Shown: positions 60,521 through 64,000 of the stretch, one piece after another | How positions within the stretch are numbered: position 1 is the first letter of the stretch | Layout of the letters: every line of letters starts with the position of its first letter | Assembly: GCA_046759445.1 (NCBI GenBank) | Contig: JBHICG010000001.1 | Coordinates: forward strand, 1 to 64,000 | Reading direction: 5' to 3' | Length of the DNA: 64,000 nucleotides | From: Candidatus Scalinduaceae bacterium | Lineage (GTDB): Bacteria; Planctomycetota; Brocadiia; Brocadiales; Scalinduaceae | Position numbers and translations under genes: made by a program | Notes under the pieces: model-generated | What the model saw: the letters and a program-made list of their open reading frames with translations, nothing else | Databases searched by the model: none | Told to the model about the DNA's origin: nothing

Positions 60521-60790
60521 ATGAATAAGCAAAGTTTAATTGAAGCTGTAGCAAAAGATTTGGGCACTTCAAAAGCCCAGGGGGAGAGAACCGTAAATGC
60601 TGTATTGAACGGTATTAGCATGGGTTTGAAAAAAGACAAGAATGTGCAATTAATAGGATTTGGAACCTTTTTGGTAAAGAAAAGAAAGGCCAGGAAGGGT
60701 AGAAATCCTCAAACAGGTGAAACTATAAAGATCAAGGCCAGCAAGACAGTTGGGTTCAAGGCGGGTAAAAGATTCAAGGAAATGGCTTGA
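60521..60790 (+). CDS. hup: DNA-binding protein HU
   Basis: MNKQSLI...GFGTF...RKGRNPQTGE. Confidence 0.96.
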   Translation: MNKQSLIEAVAKDLGTSKAQGERTVNAVLNGISMGLKKDKNVQLIGFGTFLVKKRKARKGRNPQTGETIKIKASKTVGFKAGKRFKEMA

Positions 60791-60991
60791 AACTTAAATT
60801 TACCCATTTTCCCAGAGACTTCCAGCCCCAATATAAAGCGTTTTTACACCCACAAGGGAGCTATCCACTCACCGTTTTGGCAGTGAATTCTGTTCCAATT
60901 TATATGATCTGAGATATTTTGGTACTGTACGCTCTGTATATAGCTCAGTTGAAATAACATCTACCAATAGTTGATTGGGGGTATTTCCCCC

Positions 60992-62330
60992 TGTCAAGGC
61001 AAATAGAAAATGTCAGGTTTTTGGCAAATTAAAAATGTCAGTAAATTAGTCAAGTTGTAAATTAACATAAGTTAGTAAGGAGACAAGGTAAAGGCCGTCA
61101 ACATGTTGCTGCTACGAGCAATGATGACTTTTGTTTATTCTTGTGTACTTGTATATGCTTTAATTCCTGCTCTTTGAAAAATATATGTATTGAACCGTCG
61201 AAGTGTTGGTGCACCATGGCTTTTGCTTTAACAAAACTGATCCGGTAATTGCTGGGCAATATCTGACATGTCATTGCCTTGTAGCTTATGGTATTGTCAG
61301 ATGAGACGGTTCTTTTTTCTTTTATACAGACGATATTGCTTAGATCTAAATCCTTAGGCAATGCTCTATATGTGGAGTTTTTTTCTTTGGGTAAGCGAGC
61401 AAATCTACTATTGTACTTAGGGATAAAGGTGTTTGTGAGATAGCGACTGGCTGCCCGTAGCGTAGATACCTTATGAAGCCTTAACTCAGAGCAAAGCCTG
61501 TCTTGAGACGTACCCCAAGCCCTTTCTACTCTGCCTTTGGCCTGTGGAGAATTAGCGTGGATCATCTTTACTCCCAATTCGCTTAAAGCCCTTGCTATTT
61601 GAGTCTGATCATAGTCTCCTTTTGGTTTATAATGAAGTCCTTCATGCCTGGTGGTCTTAAATTTAGAATATCTATCACAATAAAAGCTTAAGGGTATACC
61701 ATTTGTCTCTACTATCTGCTTTAAAACGCCCATATTCTCATTGCATGAATCAGACAAAGCAAATCTCGCTCCTGGGGCAAGCCAGAGGTCGCGTCATCTA
61801 TGCCGCCTATTAGAATAATCTGGGGCCTCTACCCTCAAGCCAGTCATGATCTGATGTATCAAACTGTATCATCTGGCCTTCTCTGGCTCGCGGTTCCCTC
61901 CATTGCATATGCTTACTGCGACTTTTGCATTTGGTATGAAAACCTCTCTTTAGAAGGATCTGCCTAAGTGATTCTTTTGATATCTTTATCTTTTCTTCTC
62001 TATTTAAATATTCAGTCATATGAGTAATGTTAAACCCTTTGTATTTAGTATTATAAAGATGAACTGCTTTATCTTGAACGTCTTGAGTCAACCATCTGGC
62101 TCTTTTTGTACCTCTTGATTTGTGCAATATACCCTTGTACCTTCTTGTTCTACCATGTGCTTAATGCGGTATATCTGACGTTCGGATAACTTTAAAATAT
62201 TACTTACTTCTTCAACTTTTAAATATCCTTACCTAAAGGTACTACCGCCTATTACTTCTGTTATTATCTTGTACTTGTTAAGCTCTTTCATCGTCAGGTA
62301 ATACATCTCTCATCTTGGTCTTTGCCTACA
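60992..62330 (-). mobile_element. Decayed ISNCY/IS1202-like element with frameshifted DDE transposase
   Basis: Fragments MYYLTMKELNKYKII, QFDTSDHDWLEGR and ANSPQAKGRVER; end tgtcaaggcaaa with two 19-bp subterminal repeats (60998-61016, 61023-61041); degenerate other end tttgcctaca (62321-62330). Confidence 0.85.
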
Positions 62331-62546
62331 AAGATGTGTATTTAGAGATTACTTATAAACATAATTTTAAAGAAATATTAATTCAATAGCTAATGGCTTT
62401 TTTAAATACAATCACTTTGATTCCGATAAATGTATAAAGAGTATAACATTTATATTTAAAATTGTAACGTTTGCCTATAAAACGGTCTAATTGGTATCCT
62501 TTAATTTGCTTTATCCCTACCAAAATTGTTATAAAGGAGATTTGAC

Positions 62547-64000
62547 ATTAGATATCTAATATTATTAGCAATAGTAGCGGCCTTAACTTCTGGTGCAAAT
62601 AGCTGTCGACTTAATATCAAACCACCACCTGAGAACGCTTCTGAAAATATTAGCTATGATATTGATGATTCAGTAATACAAATACCTCTCAGTTTGGAGA
62701 CAAGTGTTCTAACTGCACATATTAAAAGAAAACTACAAAAAGAGCCCTTACTTGATGAACAATCTAATGAAATTAAAGCATCCCTTCTGGTTAAAGAAGA
62801 AGGAGACTTAAAGAAAGTAACTATTCCTGGCCACGTCGAGATAAAACATCGTGAAAAAAAGGTACGAAAAACAATGAAGGATTGTGCTCATGTTGCCGGG
62901 GATCCTCTTAAGTTAGAAGAATGCCTTAAGGAATTCAAAACTATATTGGTGCCTTACAAAGTACGGCACCAAGAGGTAAAAAAAGAAGTTAAAAGAATTA
63001 TAGACAAAACTTTACCAACTTCAGTATGGATCAATCTAACTGCAAATGTGGATGATCTTGATATTTCATTGCAGGAGAATAACTTTCGCGCTACTGTGGA
63101 CATAAACACTAATATTTCCGCTAAAGCTCAACAAGGAATTCTTGGTCCTAAAATGGATGTTAGGGGAAGCTTAAAATGTAATAGGAAGATAAAGGTATCT
63201 ATGACTGGAACAGTTAACATAACATCGGATGGTCAATTCAATCTATCAATAACTAATGAAGATATTAAGATAGAGAAACTTTGTGTTCCAAGCGCAGTTG
63301 AAGGGATCAGAGTAGCCACATATCTCGATCAACAGCTAATTATTGCTAAAGAAGCTATTCGTAGTAAAATTAAAAAGGTGTTTGATAAACTTCTTGATAA
63401 ACAGAATAGCAAGTTAAATTTCAGAGATGATATTGAGAAAGCACTTAAAACACTAAATTTGGTGCACCAATTGTCAGATAAAATTTGGCTAATTCCAAAT
63501 GTCAAATCAGCTTTTATTTCCCAAATAAAAGGTACTAATGATAGTGGTCACAATAAGCTTACTGCTGAGGTAGGAGTTATTGTTAGTCCTGAAATAGCTT
63601 ATGCAAATACTATAAACAAAACATTTCCTGAACCTATGATTAATTGGGGTGTGAAGAAACATAAAAGCGTGGTATTTCTAGCTATAGAAGGCAAAGCAAA
63701 AATATCAACAATTGAAGAGGAATTAAAAAAAGCTATAGATAACTTTATAACTATAGACAACTATGTAGCTGATAAATATGTGGATAAGGCTTACGGAACT
63801 GGTAAAGTAAGGCTTTATCCCAGCGATAAAAAAGTCACTATAGCGATAGAAATTGTTGAGAAAAAGAATGAGGAAGTAAAAGTCACTATTTATCTACAGG
63901 GAACTCCAAAATATTTTCCAGATAGAAATAAGTTTGCTTTAACGGATGTTGATTTTACAGTAGAAACCTATAATACACTAATTAATGTTATTGAATGGAT
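62547..64000 (+). CDS. DUF4403-like lipoprotein, runs off the window end
   Basis: Long open frame (I)RYLILLAIVAALTSGANSC...SVIQIPLSL...IWLIPN; SD aaggag but ATT at the start position. Confidence 0.6.
   Translation, partial: MRYLILLAIVAALTSGANSCRLNIKPPPENASENISYDIDDSVIQIPLSLETSVLTAHIKRKLQKEPLLDEQSNEIKASLLVKEEGDLKKVTIPGHVEIKHREKKVRKTMKDCAHVAGDPLKLEECLKEFKTILVPYKVRHQEVKKEVKRIIDKTLPTSVWINLTANVDDLDISLQENNFRATVDINTNISAKAQQGILGPKMDVRGSLKCNRKIKVSMTGTVNITSDGQFNLSITNEDIKIEKLCVPSAVEGIRVATYLDQQLIIAKEAIRSKIKKVFDKLLDKQNSKLNFRDDIEKALKTLNLVHQLSDKIWLIPNVKSAFISQIKGTNDSGHNKLTAEVGVIVSPEIAYANTINKTFPEPMINWGVKKHKSVVFLAIEGKAKISTIEEELKKAIDNFITIDNYVADKYVDKAYGTGKVRLYPSDKKVTIAIEIVEKKNEEVKVTIYLQGTPKYFPDRNKFALTDVDFTVETYNTLINVIEW

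Overview
The window is AT-rich and bacterial. The gene styles suggest an anammox Planctomycetota such as Ca. Scalindua, but that is inference only. The right half (about 33.3-64 kb) is mostly core chromosome: a 5' fragment of comM, trkH/trkA, a HEAT-repeat protein, wza/wzc, a GT2, murC, djlA, tilS, miaA, a pilM-secretin cluster, tRNA-Met, fabZ-like, HU, a MITE, a decayed ISNCY/IS1202-like element and a DUF4403-like lipoprotein. The left half is a composite island of at least 33 kb whose right end is a large serine recombinase inserted into comM at the AMNP|CPCG motif; the 3' half of comM is not in the window. The island contains a second serine recombinase with an apparently unrecombined tRNA-like att site inside its own 3' end, and a backbone of DUF932-like, coupling-ATPase and PD-(D/E)XK genes. 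It also has an active plus degenerate RuvC pair behind an HTH Rep-like gene, integron cassettes with attC sites but no integrase, an Lrp/AsnC-repeat plus nitrilase-fold pair, and a radical SAM/SPASM gene with a Cys-rich precursor peptide. The most unusual signal is a toxin-antitoxin stack in which two consecutive antitoxins are each followed by a toxin stub cut right after the first catalytic Asp (IIDS / LIDT). Family assignments come from motif recognition by eye; no database searches were run.
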